Assembly: GCF_031769215.1 (NCBI RefSeq)
Contig: NW_026782115.1
Coordinates: 682,001 to 746,000 of the forward strand
Origin: Ylistrum balloti
Lineage: Eukaryota
Length of the DNA: 64,000 nucleotides
Reading direction: 5' to 3'
Below are positions 63,701 through 64,000 of the stretch, one piece after another. The notes under the pieces were generated by a model. It did no database searches. It was given only the letters and a program-made list of their open reading frames with translations, and was not told the DNA's origin. A program made the translations under genes and the position numbers. Within the stretch, counting starts at the first letter, position 1, and the number at the start of each line of letters is the position of its first letter.

Positions 63701-64000
63701 GTTTCTTTTTTCCACATCCTAGGATTGGACACTTACATAACACTGATTCGTTCCGTTTCTAATCTCCTCTTTGATGTTATAACTACTTGGCCTTGGCAGT
63801 TTGGAGTCTGATACAAAATGTAGCAGTATGCTATTTTTGTGTAATATGTTGCCCTGAGGGTTCGCTTCTGAATCAGTTATAACAAGTTTTTTTAAATAAA
63901 TGAATGATAATCTATTGAATCGAATAAAAAAACATATTGCAGGTTTAATTTCGATTTAAAACAATCATATTAAGAGTTGTAAAGTTTTCAATATCAGATA

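Overview
AT-rich, intron-rich animal genomic DNA, probably a bivalve mollusc (inferred from SINE, Helitron-like and Penelope-like repeat types), with four assembly gaps. Supported genes: a tRNA-Cys(GCA) at 12504-12575; a 6-coding-exon U1A/U2B''/SNF snRNP protein gene on the minus strand (18203 to 14654, 243 aa); a single-coding-exon uncharacterised 329-aa protein (31785-32774, +); and a complete 6-coding-exon rapsyn orthologue on the minus strand (48600 to 35171, 425 aa). The main finding is in the SNF/U1A 3' UTR. It carries three exact AUUGCAC loops, each closed by a C-G pair on its own stem, plus a fourth variant loop on a long stem 31 nt upstream of the poly(A) signal. These mimic U1 snRNA stem-loop II and suggest autoregulation with a different architecture from the vertebrate PIE element. 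The second finding is an intact-looking minimal type I hammerhead ribozyme (44239-44282, +) inside the rapsyn intron that follows the first coding exon. All coordinates were read by eye; no searches were run.
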